Shown here piece after piece: positions 29,836-40,162 of a DNA stretch of 64,000 nucleotides. The translations under genes and the position numbers were made by a program. Numbering within the stretch: position 1 is the first letter of the stretch; every line of letters begins with the position of its first letter. The notes beneath the pieces are model-generated. The model had not been told where the DNA came from and made no database searches. It saw nothing but the letters and a program-made list of their open reading frames with translations. Source of the stretch: Alphaproteobacteria bacterium (GTDB lineage Bacteria; Pseudomonadota; Alphaproteobacteria; UBA7887); assembly GCA_047517485.1 (NCBI GenBank), contig JAKZSU010000012.1, positions 643 through 64,642 of the forward strand. The letters run 5' to 3'.

Positions 29836-31227
29836 ATGGTCTACGAGTTTTTTGTCGTCGCCATGATCCTCACCTTGTGCGGCGCCCTGCTGCTGGGCTT
29901 CCCGGTCGCCTTCACCCTGTCCGGCGTCGCCCTGATCTTCGCCTATGTCGGCTTTGGCCTCGACCTGTTCGAACTGGCCTTCGTGCAAGCGTTGCCCAAC
30001 CGCATCTACGGCATCATGACCAACGATCTGCTGATCGCGGTGCCGCTGTTCGTCTTCATGGGCGTCATGCTCGAGCGCTCGAAACTCGCGGAAGCTTTGC
30101 TCGACACCATGGCGCTGTTGATGAGCGGGGTACGCGGTGGCCTCGGTATCGCGGTGTGCATCGTCGGTGCATTGTTGGCCGCTTCAACCGGTATTGTCGG
30201 TGCCACCGTGGTCACCATGGGTCTGCTTTCCTTGCCGACCATGTTGAAGCGCGGTTATGGAGCGCCCATCGCCTGTGGCTCGATTTGCGCCGCTGGAACC
30301 CTGGGACAAATCATTCCGCCCTCGATCGTCCTCATCTTGCTCGGCGATCAGATTTCCGCTGCATATCAGCAGGCGCAGCTGGCGGCGGGAAATTTTGCCC
30401 CCGAACCAGTCTCGGTCGCCGATCTTTTCGTTGGCGCCTTGATCCCGGGCTTCGTTCTGGTCGGGCTCTATATCGTTTGGCAATTCGTCTACGCAACCAT
30501 TTATCCTGACCAGATGCCGCCGGTGCCCGCCGAGGAACGCGCGGCGATCAAGCGTTCCGAGATGATTGGCCGGGTTCTTAAGGTCTTGATGCCGCCACTC
30601 ATGTTGATCGTTCTCGTTCTCGGATCGATTCTGATTGGCTTGGCGACTCCGACCGAGGCTGCTGGGGTCGGCGCCATGGGGGCGATCGGGCTCGCCGCGT
30701 GGCGACGCCAGGTGACCTTGGTGAACCTGCGCGCGGTGATGCAATCGACCGCCAAGATCTCGTCGATGGTTTTCGTCATTCTCATCGGCGCGCAACTGTT
30801 CAGCCTGGTTTTCCGCGGCTTCCAGGGCGACGAGATCGTTGCCGACTTCCTGCAAGGGCTGCCCGGCGGCATCTTCAGCGCCATGCTGCTGACCATGGTG
30901 CTGATGTTTCTGCTCGGCTTTTTCCTCGACTTTATCGAGATCGTATTCGTCGTCGTGCCGATCGTCGGCCCGGCGCTGCTGGCGCACGAGGGGATCAGCC
31001 CGGTGTGGTTCGCGATCATGATCGCGGTCAACATCCAGACCTCGTTCCTGACCCCGCCGTTCGGCTTCGCGCTGTTCTATTTGCGTGGCGTCGCGCCGGA
31101 CTCGGTCAAAACCATCGACATCTATCGCGGCGTCGTGCCGTTCGTGTTCATTCAGCTCTTGATGCTGGGCATTCTCGCCGCGTTCCCGGCGATGGCGACC
31201 TGGCTACCGAAAGTGGTCTACGGCTAA
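29836..31227 (+). CDS. dctM: TRAP transporter large permease subunit
   Basis: 12-TM DctM family; 463 aa. Confidence 0.85.
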   Translation: MVYEFFVVAMILTLCGALLLGFPVAFTLSGVALIFAYVGFGLDLFELAFVQALPNRIYGIMTNDLLIAVPLFVFMGVMLERSKLAEALLDTMALLMSGVRGGLGIAVCIVGALLAASTGIVGATVVTMGLLSLPTMLKRGYGAPIACGSICAAGTLGQIIPPSIVLILLGDQISAAYQQAQLAAGNFAPEPVSVADLFVGALIPGFVLVGLYIVWQFVYATIYPDQMPPVPAEERAAIKRSEMIGRVLKVLMPPLMLIVLVLGSILIGLATPTEAAGVGAMGAIGLAAWRRQVTLVNLRAVMQSTAKISSMVFVILIGAQLFSLVFRGFQGDEIVADFLQGLPGGIFSAMLLTMVLMFLLGFFLDFIEIVFVVVPIVGPALLAHEGISPVWFAIMIAVNIQTSFLTPPFGFALFYLRGVAPDSVKTIDIYRGVVPFVFIQLLMLGILAAFPAMATWLPKVVYG

Positions 31228-31593
31228 ACGGAAGATTTATTTGATCGAACGCTGGTCGCGCCGCGTTTTGCCTTTCCGGCTGATAACCATCCGCCGCGAT
31301 CTCGACTGTTGGCGAGCGGCGGCGCGACCATCGATACGGATTCGATTTTAGATCTTCACCCAGTATGAGCGGAGACCACTATATCGAGCAAGTTTATCGA
31401 GAAGATAACTTAGGCTCATTGTCGGTGGTTCGGCCCCACGCCGCCCCTTCGGCACCCATTTCCCAGTCGAGAAAACTGGATATAGAACTAAATCACCGGT
31501 TGTCAACATGCCGGAAACACAACATTATCCCGAAATTATGGCATAGAATCCAATCTATGGATGTACGGGTAAATCGACCGCCGGGAAACCGGT

Positions 31594-32685
31594 CTAAGAC
31601 GCCCGATCGTTCATGTATCCTTGTTCGGCGAACGGCGCGCGCGCCACCGATTCGGCGCGGAACTTGGCCCAGCTTTCATAGATTCGCTTGGCCAGTTCGC
31701 CTTCGTTCGCGGTTTCGCTGACCACGTCGTGTGACGCCGCGAACATCGCTTTCACGACATCTTTCGGAAAGCTGCCGATCTTCACGCCATGGACCTCGAC
31801 AAGCTTGGTTTGCGCCGCGCTGTTGCCGGCGGTGAATTCGCTCAAAGTGTAGCTCGTCTCGGCGGTGCAGGCGGCCTCGACGATCGCCTGCAGATCTTTC
31901 GGCAGCTCTTCGTATTTGTCTTTCGCCACGATGACCTCGATCGACGAGCTCGGCTCATGAAAGCCCGGTCCGTAATAATATTTGGCGATCTTGTGAAAGC
32001 CGAACGCGAGATCGTTCCACGGTCCGACCCACTCGGTGGCATCGATCACCCCCGATTGCAGCGCCGGCATGATCTCGCCGCCGGGCATATTGACCGCGGT
32101 CACGCCCAACCGGTTGATCACCTCCGCGCCGAGGCCGGGCATCCGCATTTTCAAGCCCTTGAGGTCGTCCAGCCCGTTGATTTCCTTCTGAAACCAACCG
32201 CCCATCTGCACCCCCGAGCCGCCCGCCAGGAAGGCTCTCAGCCCGAATTCCGCATACAATTCGTCCCACAGCTTCTGGCCGCCGCCGTGATAGATCCAGC
32301 CCATGTGCTCCTGGTGGGTCAGGCCACCCGGCACGGTGCAGAAGAACGGTGTGCTCTTGTGCTTGGCGACCCAGTAGTAAGACGCGTCGTGGCTCATCTC
32401 GGCGATGCCCTCGCGCACCGCGTCGAAGGCTTCGAAAGCGGGCACCAGTTCGCCCGCCGCGTACAGCCGGATATCCATCCGTCCATCCGACATGGTCTTG
32501 ATGCGGTCGGCCACCCGCTGCGCACCGGTGCCGAGGCCAGGGAAATTCTTCGGCCAAGTGGTCACCATTTTCCACCGCACATTGCCCTGGGCGATCGCCG
32601 GTGCGGGAAGGGCGGATGCCGCCGCGGCCGAACCTGCCGCCGCGCCAACCAGAAAACGCCGTCGAGCGTTGGATTTGACCGTCAT
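31594..32685 (-). CDS. TRAP transporter substrate-binding protein (DctP-type, COG4663-like), paralog 1
   Basis: Tat-type signal (MTVKSNARRRFLVGAAAGSAAAA) and conserved WPKNFPGLGTGAQ...KYYYGPGFHEP blocks shared with the two upstream paralogs. A GGGGAA RBS precedes the internal ATG. Confidence 0.8.
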   Translation of the reverse strand: MTVKSNARRRFLVGAAAGSAAAASALPAPAIAQGNVRWKMVTTWPKNFPGLGTGAQRVADRIKTMSDGRMDIRLYAAGELVPAFEAFDAVREGIAEMSHDASYYWVAKHKSTPFFCTVPGGLTHQEHMGWIYHGGGQKLWDELYAEFGLRAFLAGGSGVQMGGWFQKEINGLDDLKGLKMRMPGLGAEVINRLGVTAVNMPGGEIMPALQSGVIDATEWVGPWNDLAFGFHKIAKYYYGPGFHEPSSSIEVIVAKDKYEELPKDLQAIVEAACTAETSYTLSEFTAGNSAAQTKLVEVHGVKIGSFPKDVVKAMFAASHDVVSETANEGELAKRIYESWAKFRAESVARAPFAEQGYMNDRAS

Positions 32686-32710
32686 TTTTATTCCCCTGTC
32701 TCGGTTTGAA

Positions 32711-33820
32711 TTAGAGATCGCGCTGATTGAGCGCGCCTTGCTCCGCATACGGCGCCAAAGCGATTACCTGGGTCTTGAACCGTGACCAATTATCGTAAAT
32801 TCGTCGTGGCAGCTCGCCGTCTTCGGCGGTCTCCGCGACAACCTCGGCGCTGATCGCGCGTAAGCCCCGGATCACGTCGTCGGGCATCGGCCGGGGCACG
32901 ATGCCGTGATCGCGCGCCAACGACTCGAGCGACGCCGCGTTGCCGGCGGTGAACTCGGACAGCATGCGCTGGTTCTCGGCTTCGGCGGCATGGCGCACGA
33001 TGATTTTCAAATGGGGCGGCAAACCATCCCATTGCTCGCGATTGATCGCCAACTCCAGCGTCGCGCCGGGCTCGTGAAAGCCCGGCCCATAATAATATTT
33101 CGCCGCCTTGTGGAAGCCGAACGCGAGATCGGTCCACGGTCCGGCGAACTCGACCGCGTCGATCACACCGGACTGCATGCTGCTCATGATTTCGCCGCCC
33201 GGCATGCTGATCGCCACCCCGCCGGCGCGATTGATGACTTCGCCGGCGAGCCCCGGAATGCGCATCCGCAAGCCCTCGATATCGCTCAGGCTGTTGATCT
33301 CCTTATTGAACCAACCGCCCATCTGGGTGCCGGTATTGCCCGCCGGCCAGGCTTTCAGCCCGTACTCGCCGTAGATCTCGTCCCACAGCTCCTGGCCGCC
33401 GCCGTAGGCGAGCCAGGCGTTTTGTTCTTGCGCGACCAAACCGCCGGGGACCACCGCGAAGAACGCGAAGTTCTTGCTTTTTCCCGTCCAATAGGCCGCG
33501 CCGGCGTGCCCCATTTCGGCGGTTCCCTGTCGCACCGCATCGAAAATCTCGAATGCCGGCACCAGCTCCCCGGCGGCATAGAGTTTTATCGCCAACGCGC
33601 CCTCGGACATCTCGGTGATCGAATCCGCGATCCGTTGCGCCCCGGTCCCGAGACCGGGAAAATTTTTCGGCCACGCGGTCACCAGGCGCCACTGACGGCG
33701 ACCTTGCGAGAGCGCCGGCGCGGGCAGGGCGGCGGTGGCGGTGGCCGCCGCGCCGGCGGTCAACACGGTGCGACGCGATAGCCGGCCGCGCTGTAAAATT
33801 TCGGAATCTTTTTTCGTCAT
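32711..33820 (-). CDS. TRAP transporter substrate-binding protein, paralog 2
   Basis: Same family blocks. Start taken at the internal ATG (MTKKD...RRTVLTAGAAATATAA), forming an ATGA overlap with paralog 3. Confidence 0.8.
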   Translation of the reverse strand: MTKKDSEILQRGRLSRRTVLTAGAAATATAALPAPALSQGRRQWRLVTAWPKNFPGLGTGAQRIADSITEMSEGALAIKLYAAGELVPAFEIFDAVRQGTAEMGHAGAAYWTGKSKNFAFFAVVPGGLVAQEQNAWLAYGGGQELWDEIYGEYGLKAWPAGNTGTQMGGWFNKEINSLSDIEGLRMRIPGLAGEVINRAGGVAISMPGGEIMSSMQSGVIDAVEFAGPWTDLAFGFHKAAKYYYGPGFHEPGATLELAINREQWDGLPPHLKIIVRHAAEAENQRMLSEFTAGNAASLESLARDHGIVPRPMPDDVIRGLRAISAEVVAETAEDGELPRRIYDNWSRFKTQVIALAPYAEQGALNQRDL

Positions 33821-34962
33821 GCGTCTTGTGCCTTGCCTCGATTGTGAATGAATCCATAGTCGGATAACGGTTGATACGCCATCGCCCGCTTTCGGAAACT
33901 GCTCCAGCTTTCGTAGATCCGCCGATTGAGATCGCCTTCCGATGCCGTCTCGGCGTTCACCTCGGCGGAAATCTGAAAGGCTCTCTTGAGCACGTCTTCG
34001 GGAAAATGCCGCACGATGACGCCGTGCTCGTTGACCAACGTGTCGAGGGTCTCGGCACTGCGCGCGAAATACTCGGCCGGCAATTTCATGTTCGCTTCCT
34101 GGCACGCGACGCGGACGACCGCTTGCAAATCGGCAGGCAGGCTTCGCCACTTGTCCTCGTTGATCAGCAGCTCGCTGGCGGTGCTGCCTTCATGAAATCC
34201 GGGTCCGTAATAATATTTCGCGACCTTATAGAACCCCATCGCCAGATCGACCCACGGTCCGACCCATTCGGCCGCGTCGATGACGCCGGACTGCAATGCC
34301 GGCATGATCTCGCCCGCCGGCATGTTGACCGCGGTCGCGCCCATCCGATTGAGAACTTCGGCGCCGAGACCGGGAATACGAATGTTGAGCCCGTCGAAAT
34401 CAGCCAGCGAGTTGATTTCGTTTTGATACCAGCCGCCCATCTGGGTGCCGGTATTGCCGCACATGAAGGCGCGCACGCCGAATTCGGCGTACAGCTCGTC
34501 CCACAAGGCTTGCCCGCCGCCATAGAGAATCCAGGCATTGTGCTCGATCACGCTGAGACCACCGGGAACGGCGCAGAAAAACGGCAAGCTCTTGTTCTTC
34601 GCCACCCAGTAATAGGGGGCGTCGTGCGAGCAATCGGCGGTACCCTCGCGCACCGCATCGAAAGATTCGAACGCCGGCACCAATTCGCCGGCGGCGAACA
34701 ACCGCAGGGCCAGCCTGCCGTCGGACATCGCGGTAATGGTATCGGCGAGTTCTTGCGCCGCGGTCCCGGCGCCGGGGAAATTCTTCGGCCACGTGGTGAC
34801 CATTTTCCACTCGTGCAGGCCCTTGGCGACCATCGGCGCCCGGCCCGGCGCCTCGGGCGTCCCGGGCGCCATTGGAGTCGGCCCGGTCCTCGCCAGATAC
34901 GTCGCACCAGCGGCGACGACCGCGCCGGTGGCGGCGCCAGTCAGAAAATCCCGACGTTGCAC
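33817..34962 (-). CDS. TRAP transporter substrate-binding protein, paralog 3
   Basis: GTG start with a GGGGAGG RBS and a Tat signal (QRRDFLTGAATGAVVAAGA). Same family blocks. Confidence 0.8.
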   Translation of the reverse strand: MQRRDFLTGAATGAVVAAGATYLARTGPTPMAPGTPEAPGRAPMVAKGLHEWKMVTTWPKNFPGAGTAAQELADTITAMSDGRLALRLFAAGELVPAFESFDAVREGTADCSHDAPYYWVAKNKSLPFFCAVPGGLSVIEHNAWILYGGGQALWDELYAEFGVRAFMCGNTGTQMGGWYQNEINSLADFDGLNIRIPGLGAEVLNRMGATAVNMPAGEIMPALQSGVIDAAEWVGPWVDLAMGFYKVAKYYYGPGFHEGSTASELLINEDKWRSLPADLQAVVRVACQEANMKLPAEYFARSAETLDTLVNEHGVIVRHFPEDVLKRAFQISAEVNAETASEGDLNRRIYESWSSFRKRAMAYQPLSDYGFIHNRGKAQDA

Positions 34963-35021
34963 GAAGTCCTCCCCTGATCGGCCACACGTGGCCGTTCAGC
35001 GGGATTATAAGTCGGCGAGGG

Positions 35022-35810
35022 CTATTTGTCGCTCGCGTTTGGACGAAATAGTGTCCACTCCTCGCCAATCAGCGCTTCAAGCGGTTGAAACCGGGCCTTG
35101 TAGGCCATTTTCGGGCTCTCGCCGATCCAGTAGCCGAGATAGACATAGGGCAGGTCGAGGGCACGCGCGCGTTCGATATGCCACAGGATCACATAGGTGC
35201 CGGGACTGGTCCGCGACCGGTCGGCGACGAAAAACTTATAAACGCCCGACAGACCATCGCCCAGCCGATCGGTCAGCGAGACCGCTATGAGCCTGTTATC
35301 GGCGCCGCGGAACTCAACGATCCGGGTTTCCACCGGAGTATCCTCGACCATCGAGCGATAGTCGCTGAAATCCATCAATGCCATGTCGCCGTCGCTATGG
35401 CGGGTTTGCTCATATCCTTGAAAAACGTGGAACTGTTCCGCGGTGGCGATCGGCGGGCGTTCGACCGCGGTCAGATCGGCGTTCCGAATCAGCACCTTAC
35501 GCATCGATCGGCTCGGACGAAAACCGTCGACCACCACGCGAACCGGGACACACGCGCGACAATTCTCGCATGCCGGGCGATAGGCGATGCCATGACTGCG
35601 ACGAAATCCCGCCTGGCTCAACATATCGTGCAGCCGCGGCGCGCCCGGGCCGACGAGCTCGGTCACCGCCTTCGCCTCGAATTTGCCCTTGATATACGGA
35701 CACGGCTGTCGCGCGGTGCCGAAAAAGAACTGCAGATCTCGCGGATCGATATTGAGCATGTCTCTTGGTATCGCCCGATGCGGGTTATTGGCCGCTAAGT
35801 GGTAGACCAT
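35022..35810 (-). CDS. bpt: arginyl-tRNA-protein transferase family protein (bacterial Asp/Glu leucyltransferase Bpt)
   Basis: ATE N- and C-domain motifs (CPYIKGK, CENCRACVPVRV, ...GVYKFF). Confidence 0.8.
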   Translation of the reverse strand: MVYHLAANNPHRAIPRDMLNIDPRDLQFFFGTARQPCPYIKGKFEAKAVTELVGPGAPRLHDMLSQAGFRRSHGIAYRPACENCRACVPVRVVVDGFRPSRSMRKVLIRNADLTAVERPPIATAEQFHVFQGYEQTRHSDGDMALMDFSDYRSMVEDTPVETRIVEFRGADNRLIAVSLTDRLGDGLSGVYKFFVADRSRTSPGTYVILWHIERARALDLPYVYLGYWIGESPKMAYKARFQPLEALIGEEWTLFRPNASDK

Positions 35811-37680
35811 AGTACCACGGTGCGAAGGCCGTGAAACAGGCCCATATCAACAACAGGAGCGGCAGCCCGCTGCGGACATAGTCGACGAAACGATAATGAC
35901 CCGGCGCCATTACCAATAAGTTGGTCTGATAGCCGACCGGAGAAGCGAACGAACAACTCGCGGCGAAAATCACCGTATAGACGAACGGCATCGGGTCGAC
36001 ACCGAGCTGGATCGCCAAATTTACCGCGATCGGGGTGAACAAAACAGCCGAAGCATTATTGCTCAGCACGTTGGTAAGCAGCGCGATCAGCAAGAAAAGC
36101 GCCGACATCAGCCAACCCGGGCTGGCGCCGTCCATCGTGGTCACCAGCGCGTTGGCGATGAACGCGGCGCCACCGGTCTCGCTCATCGCCAGGCCGAGCG
36201 CCAGGGTCGCCGCCACCGTCATCACCACCGTTCGATCGATTGCGCGGGCGGCCTGGCGCGTGGTCAGACATCCGGACAGCATCATCGCCACCGCGCCGCC
36301 GACGGCGGCGACGACGATCGGTAGCACATTGGTCGCCGCCAAGATTACCACCGACGCGAAGATGGCCGCGGCCCGGCGGGCGTGGAAATAGTTCGGCAGC
36401 GTCTGCTGCGTCCATTCGATCAAGATCACGTCGCGGTTGGCGCGCAACGATTGAACGTCTTCGGGGCGGCCCTGCAACAACAGCACGTCGCCAGCCTCGA
36501 GCCGAATGTCGGTGACGCGTTGGCGGAACATGCGCGAACGCCGCTGAACCCCGAGAACGATGCAGTCGAAGCGATGGCGAAATCCGTAGAGTTCCAAAGT
36601 CTGGCCGATCATCCGCGACGCCGGTGTGATCATCACTTCGGCAAGTGCCTGCTCGCCGCCCTCCCACGGCGCGGGCTCGGCGCCTTGCTCCTGTTCGGCT
36701 TGACCTTGTTCATATTGCTGGTGCGTGAGGCTGGGGTGAAGCGAGCCCGGATGGCGCGCCAGTAAATCGGTCAACGCCTTGCGTGTCGCGGCGACCACGA
36801 TGGCATCGCCGGCTTGCAGTTCGAGATCGTCGAAAGGCGGCAGGAACGCGTGTTCATCACGATGCACCATGCGAACCGTGGCATCCGGCAAGCTGCGAAA
36901 CATGCCGGCGACCGCGGCATCGCCGACCATCGCATCGCCGTCCTGAACCTCGACCTGGGCAATGAATTGGCGGCCGTCCCCGGTAAGTATTCCCGCCAGC
37001 GTCGCGCGATCGGGCAGCAAGCGCGGCAAAATGACGATCAGATAGACCAGTCCGACCCCGGCGAGAACCAAGCCCGGAACGACGAAATCGAAAAACCCGA
37101 TTGTCGGCAGGCCGAGATCGCGGGCCACCCCGGCGACCAGGAGGTTGGTCGAGGAGCCGATCAGTGTCGTCATGCCGCCGAGGATCGAGGCAAAACTCAA
37201 GGGCAGGAGAATGCGGCTTACCGAAACGTTCAAGCGTTCGGCCAACGCGCTCATGATCGGGATGAAGATCACCACCACCGGGGTATTGTTGAGCACGCTC
37301 GAGAGCGCGGCAACGGGAATCAGACTGATCGTCATGGCAATCAGCAATCGGCCACCGCTAATCCGGTGAAGAAAGCTCGCGACGCCTTCCAAGGCGCCGG
37401 TGCGCACCAACGCTTGGCCGATAACCAGCAGCGCGACCACGGTGATCAGCGCCGGATTGGCGAATCCCTCGAGCAAGCGCGCCGCCGACAGCCGGTTGAG
37501 CCCGTCGGCATCCTCCAGCGGCGCGATTTGGAACAACAGTAGGAGGATCGCGAGCAGCGCCACCGCGGTCAATTCGAGCGGCGCGCGATCCGCGATGAAG
37601 GCGACGATCGCCCCCAAGACCAACGCGAGGACGGCCCACATCTGCCAAATGTGGCCGTCGAGAAGGGTTTCGCTGATCAT
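35785..37680 (-). CDS. anion permease of the SLC13/DASS (ArsB/NhaD superfamily) type with two central TrkA-C domains
   Basis: About 12 TM segments plus two cytoplasmic TrkA-C-like repeats; 631 aa. Confidence 0.7.
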   Translation of the reverse strand: MISETLLDGHIWQMWAVLALVLGAIVAFIADRAPLELTAVALLAILLLLFQIAPLEDADGLNRLSAARLLEGFANPALITVVALLVIGQALVRTGALEGVASFLHRISGGRLLIAMTISLIPVAALSSVLNNTPVVVIFIPIMSALAERLNVSVSRILLPLSFASILGGMTTLIGSSTNLLVAGVARDLGLPTIGFFDFVVPGLVLAGVGLVYLIVILPRLLPDRATLAGILTGDGRQFIAQVEVQDGDAMVGDAAVAGMFRSLPDATVRMVHRDEHAFLPPFDDLELQAGDAIVVAATRKALTDLLARHPGSLHPSLTHQQYEQGQAEQEQGAEPAPWEGGEQALAEVMITPASRMIGQTLELYGFRHRFDCIVLGVQRRSRMFRQRVTDIRLEAGDVLLLQGRPEDVQSLRANRDVILIEWTQQTLPNYFHARRAAAIFASVVILAATNVLPIVVAAVGGAVAMMLSGCLTTRQAARAIDRTVVMTVAATLALGLAMSETGGAAFIANALVTTMDGASPGWLMSALFLLIALLTNVLSNNASAVLFTPIAVNLAIQLGVDPMPFVYTVIFAASCSFASPVGYQTNLLVMAPGHYRFVDYVRSGLPLLLLIWACFTAFAPWYYGLPLSGQ

Positions 37681-38138
37681 TCCGGTGGATTCGACAACCG
37701 GTCCCGCAGCTCCTTCGGAAGTGGCGCCGGACGCTGAGTTTCAGGATCCACTTTCACCAACACTTCTTCGGCTGTGGCCGTACATACCCCATCTTGAAAT
37801 AGCCCCTGACCCACCCTCGTCGAAGTTCGCCCGATGCGCATCACCCGGGTGCCCACATTGACCTCACCGGGATAATGCATCTGCGCGCGAAAATCGATCG
37901 TCATGTGGACGATCATGAAATCATCCGCCGGCAGGACTACGCCCGACCCGCACGCCCCGAAAAACGCGATTCGCCCGGATTCGCAAAACCGCATGAACTG
38001 GACATTGTTGATATGACCCAATCCATCGGTATCCCCCCAGCGCATGATATCGGTCGACCAGAACCGGTACGAGGCCGGATCGGCAAGATCGAATGTCGGG
38101 AAATCGGTCGAGCGAGGCTCGGTGCTGTCGGGCATCAA
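37677..38138 (-). CDS. acyl-CoA thioesterase (hotdog fold, 4HBT-like)
   Basis: GHINNVQFMRFCESGR hotdog signature. 4-bp overlap with the downstream permease. Confidence 0.75.
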   Translation of the reverse strand: MMPDSTEPRSTDFPTFDLADPASYRFWSTDIMRWGDTDGLGHINNVQFMRFCESGRIAFFGACGSGVVLPADDFMIVHMTIDFRAQMHYPGEVNVGTRVMRIGRTSTRVGQGLFQDGVCTATAEEVLVKVDPETQRPAPLPKELRDRLSNPPE

Positions 38139-38184
38139 ACCATCATGATACCGCGCCGTGCGCTTGCCAAGGGCGCGTGTTCGC

Positions 38185-38793
38185 TTAGTCCAACTCCATA
38201 ATTTGGTAGTCCAGCGGTACCTCGAACAGCGCGGGATCGACGGGTCCGCGCACCACGTTCGACAAAAGCATCGAGACTTTGGTCGATCCCGTCATGCCCT
38301 CGAATTTGATTGCGATTCCATCTTCCGTGACCCACAAAAATCCACGCACACCCGTGTTGCCCCCCGATCCGCCTTCGACGCGGTACTTGATCGTCGCCTC
38401 GTCGGAGATCATTTCTCGGCCCACTTCCTCGGCGTCGAGACTGGCGAGCGTTTCCTCGCTGTAGTAGCGCATCTCAGGTTTGAGTTTGAGTTGCATGACC
38501 GCTTTGTTGTCGGGGCTGATCATGAAAACGAGGCCTTGATCGGGGCGCGTGATCAGGATCACGTCTTGGGTATCCATGACCATCTCACGGCGCTCCAAGC
38601 CGCCGTCGTACCACATCGGGCCATCCATCTGCACAGTGTCCCCGGCGCGAAATTTCGCGTCGGCGCGAAACGGCGATTGCGGCGGCTTCAGCTCCGCGGC
38701 CCACGCGCTCGCGGCGAGGGGGATCGCAATAAACAGTGCCATACTTAACAAATGACGCAGAACTTTGCGTCCGAAGTGGATTCCGAAATTCAT
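38185..38793 (-). CDS. secreted hypothetical protein
   Basis: Signal peptide (MALFIAIPLAASAWA). No family recognised. Confidence 0.5.
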   Translation of the reverse strand: MNFGIHFGRKVLRHLLSMALFIAIPLAASAWAAELKPPQSPFRADAKFRAGDTVQMDGPMWYDGGLERREMVMDTQDVILITRPDQGLVFMISPDNKAVMQLKLKPEMRYYSEETLASLDAEEVGREMISDEATIKYRVEGGSGGNTGVRGFLWVTEDGIAIKFEGMTGSTKVSMLLSNVVRGPVDPALFEVPLDYQIMELD

Positions 38794-38842
38794 GCCGTTT
38801 CCCTATTCGAGGTTCGTCGCGGTATATCAAGCTGCATCAATA

Positions 38843-40162
38843 ATGACCGGATCGAGCGAGTCAACAATGCAAAATGCCGGCAATGACCGATCCGACGGGC
38901 ATATCGATTCGTTCTATGCCGCGAGCGTGGCGCGGGTCGCCGAGCAGCCGCCGCTCGATCGCGATCGTTCGGCGAAGGTCTGTGTGGTCGGCGGCGGGCT
39001 GACCGGGCTTTCGCTGGCGCTTGAGCTGGCAAACCGCGATATCGACGTCGTCGTGCTCGAAGCGCGGCGTCTCGGCTGGGCCGCGTCGGGGCGCAATGGC
39101 GGGCAAGCCCTGGTCGGGTTCACCGGCGAGATGGCGAATTTGCGACGCCTCGTCGGGGCCGAGACGGCGCGCGCGCTTTGGGACATGAGTGTCGACGGCG
39201 TCGCCTTGATCGAGCAGCGCTGCGCGGAACACGGCATCGACTGCGATTTGCGCCACGGCACCCTGACCGCGGTCACCAGCGAGCGCAATATGGCGGCTCA
39301 CGCCGCATGGCGCGACGAGGCTGCCGCGTATGGCTACGACCATCTCGAACCTCTCGATCGCGCCGGGATCCGCGGCGAAATCGCTTCCGATCGTTATTGT
39401 GGCGGTTTGTTGGATAGCCACGGCCGCCATCTGAACCCGCTAAAATACTGTCTCGGATTGGCACGTGCCGTGATCGAGGCCGGCGTAACGGTGCACGAGA
39501 AGTCGCCGGTCACGCGCATCGATCCCGGTGCGCCCCTGTCCGTTCATACCCGGCGCGGCAATGTCAAAGCCGACCACGTGGTGCTGGCGTGCAACGCCTA
39601 TCTCGGCGGTCTCAATCCGGCTGCTCACCGACAAATTATGCCGGTCACCAGCTATGTCTGCGCCACCGAACCCTTGGGCGAGACCCGCGCGCGCGCCCTC
39701 ATACCCAACGACATCGCGATATGCGACGATCGTCATGTGCTGGACTATTATCGGACGAGCGCGGATCATCGGCTGCTGTTCGGCGGCGCGGCGAGCTATT
39801 CGGCGCGGACACGGAACGACCTCCGCGCTTTCATGCGTCGCCGCGTGCTCCGGGTATTTCCCCAACTCGGCGACGTTGGCATCGACCACGCCTGGAGCGG
39901 CAAGCTGGCGATCACCCGCAACCGGTTTCCCGATCTCGGCGTCCTGGCGGCCAATCTCACTTATGCCCAAGGCTATTCCGGTCATGGCTTGGCGTTCAGC
40001 GGCATCGCGGGGCGCGCACTGGCCGCCGCAATCTTTGGCGACCGGCGTGATTTCGAGGCACTCGCGTCGATCCCCCACCAGCCGTTCCCCGGCGGACGCC
40101 GCTTTCGCGCCCCCTTGCTCGTGCTCGGTCAGCTTTGGTACCGCCTGAAAGATGCGCTCTAA
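38843..40162 (+). CDS. FAD-dependent oxidoreductase (DAO family; gamma-glutamylputrescine/amine oxidase-like)
   Basis: N-terminal dinucleotide-binding motif VCVVGGGLTGLSLALELA. Start taken at the internal ATG 38843. Confidence 0.8.
   Translation: MTGSSESTMQNAGNDRSDGHIDSFYAASVARVAEQPPLDRDRSAKVCVVGGGLTGLSLALELANRDIDVVVLEARRLGWAASGRNGGQALVGFTGEMANLRRLVGAETARALWDMSVDGVALIEQRCAEHGIDCDLRHGTLTAVTSERNMAAHAAWRDEAAAYGYDHLEPLDRAGIRGEIASDRYCGGLLDSHGRHLNPLKYCLGLARAVIEAGVTVHEKSPVTRIDPGAPLSVHTRRGNVKADHVVLACNAYLGGLNPAAHRQIMPVTSYVCATEPLGETRARALIPNDIAICDDRHVLDYYRTSADHRLLFGGAASYSARTRNDLRAFMRRRVLRVFPQLGDVGIDHAWSGKLAITRNRFPDLGVLAANLTYAQGYSGHGLAFSGIAGRALAAAIFGDRRDFEALASIPHQPFPGGRRFRAPLLVLGQLWYRLKDAL

Noticed and set aside
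31365-31721. 118-aa plus-strand ORF in the dctM-SBP intergenic region
   Set aside because: It overlaps the 3' end of SBP paralog 1 on the opposite strand, has poor coding character and no RBS.
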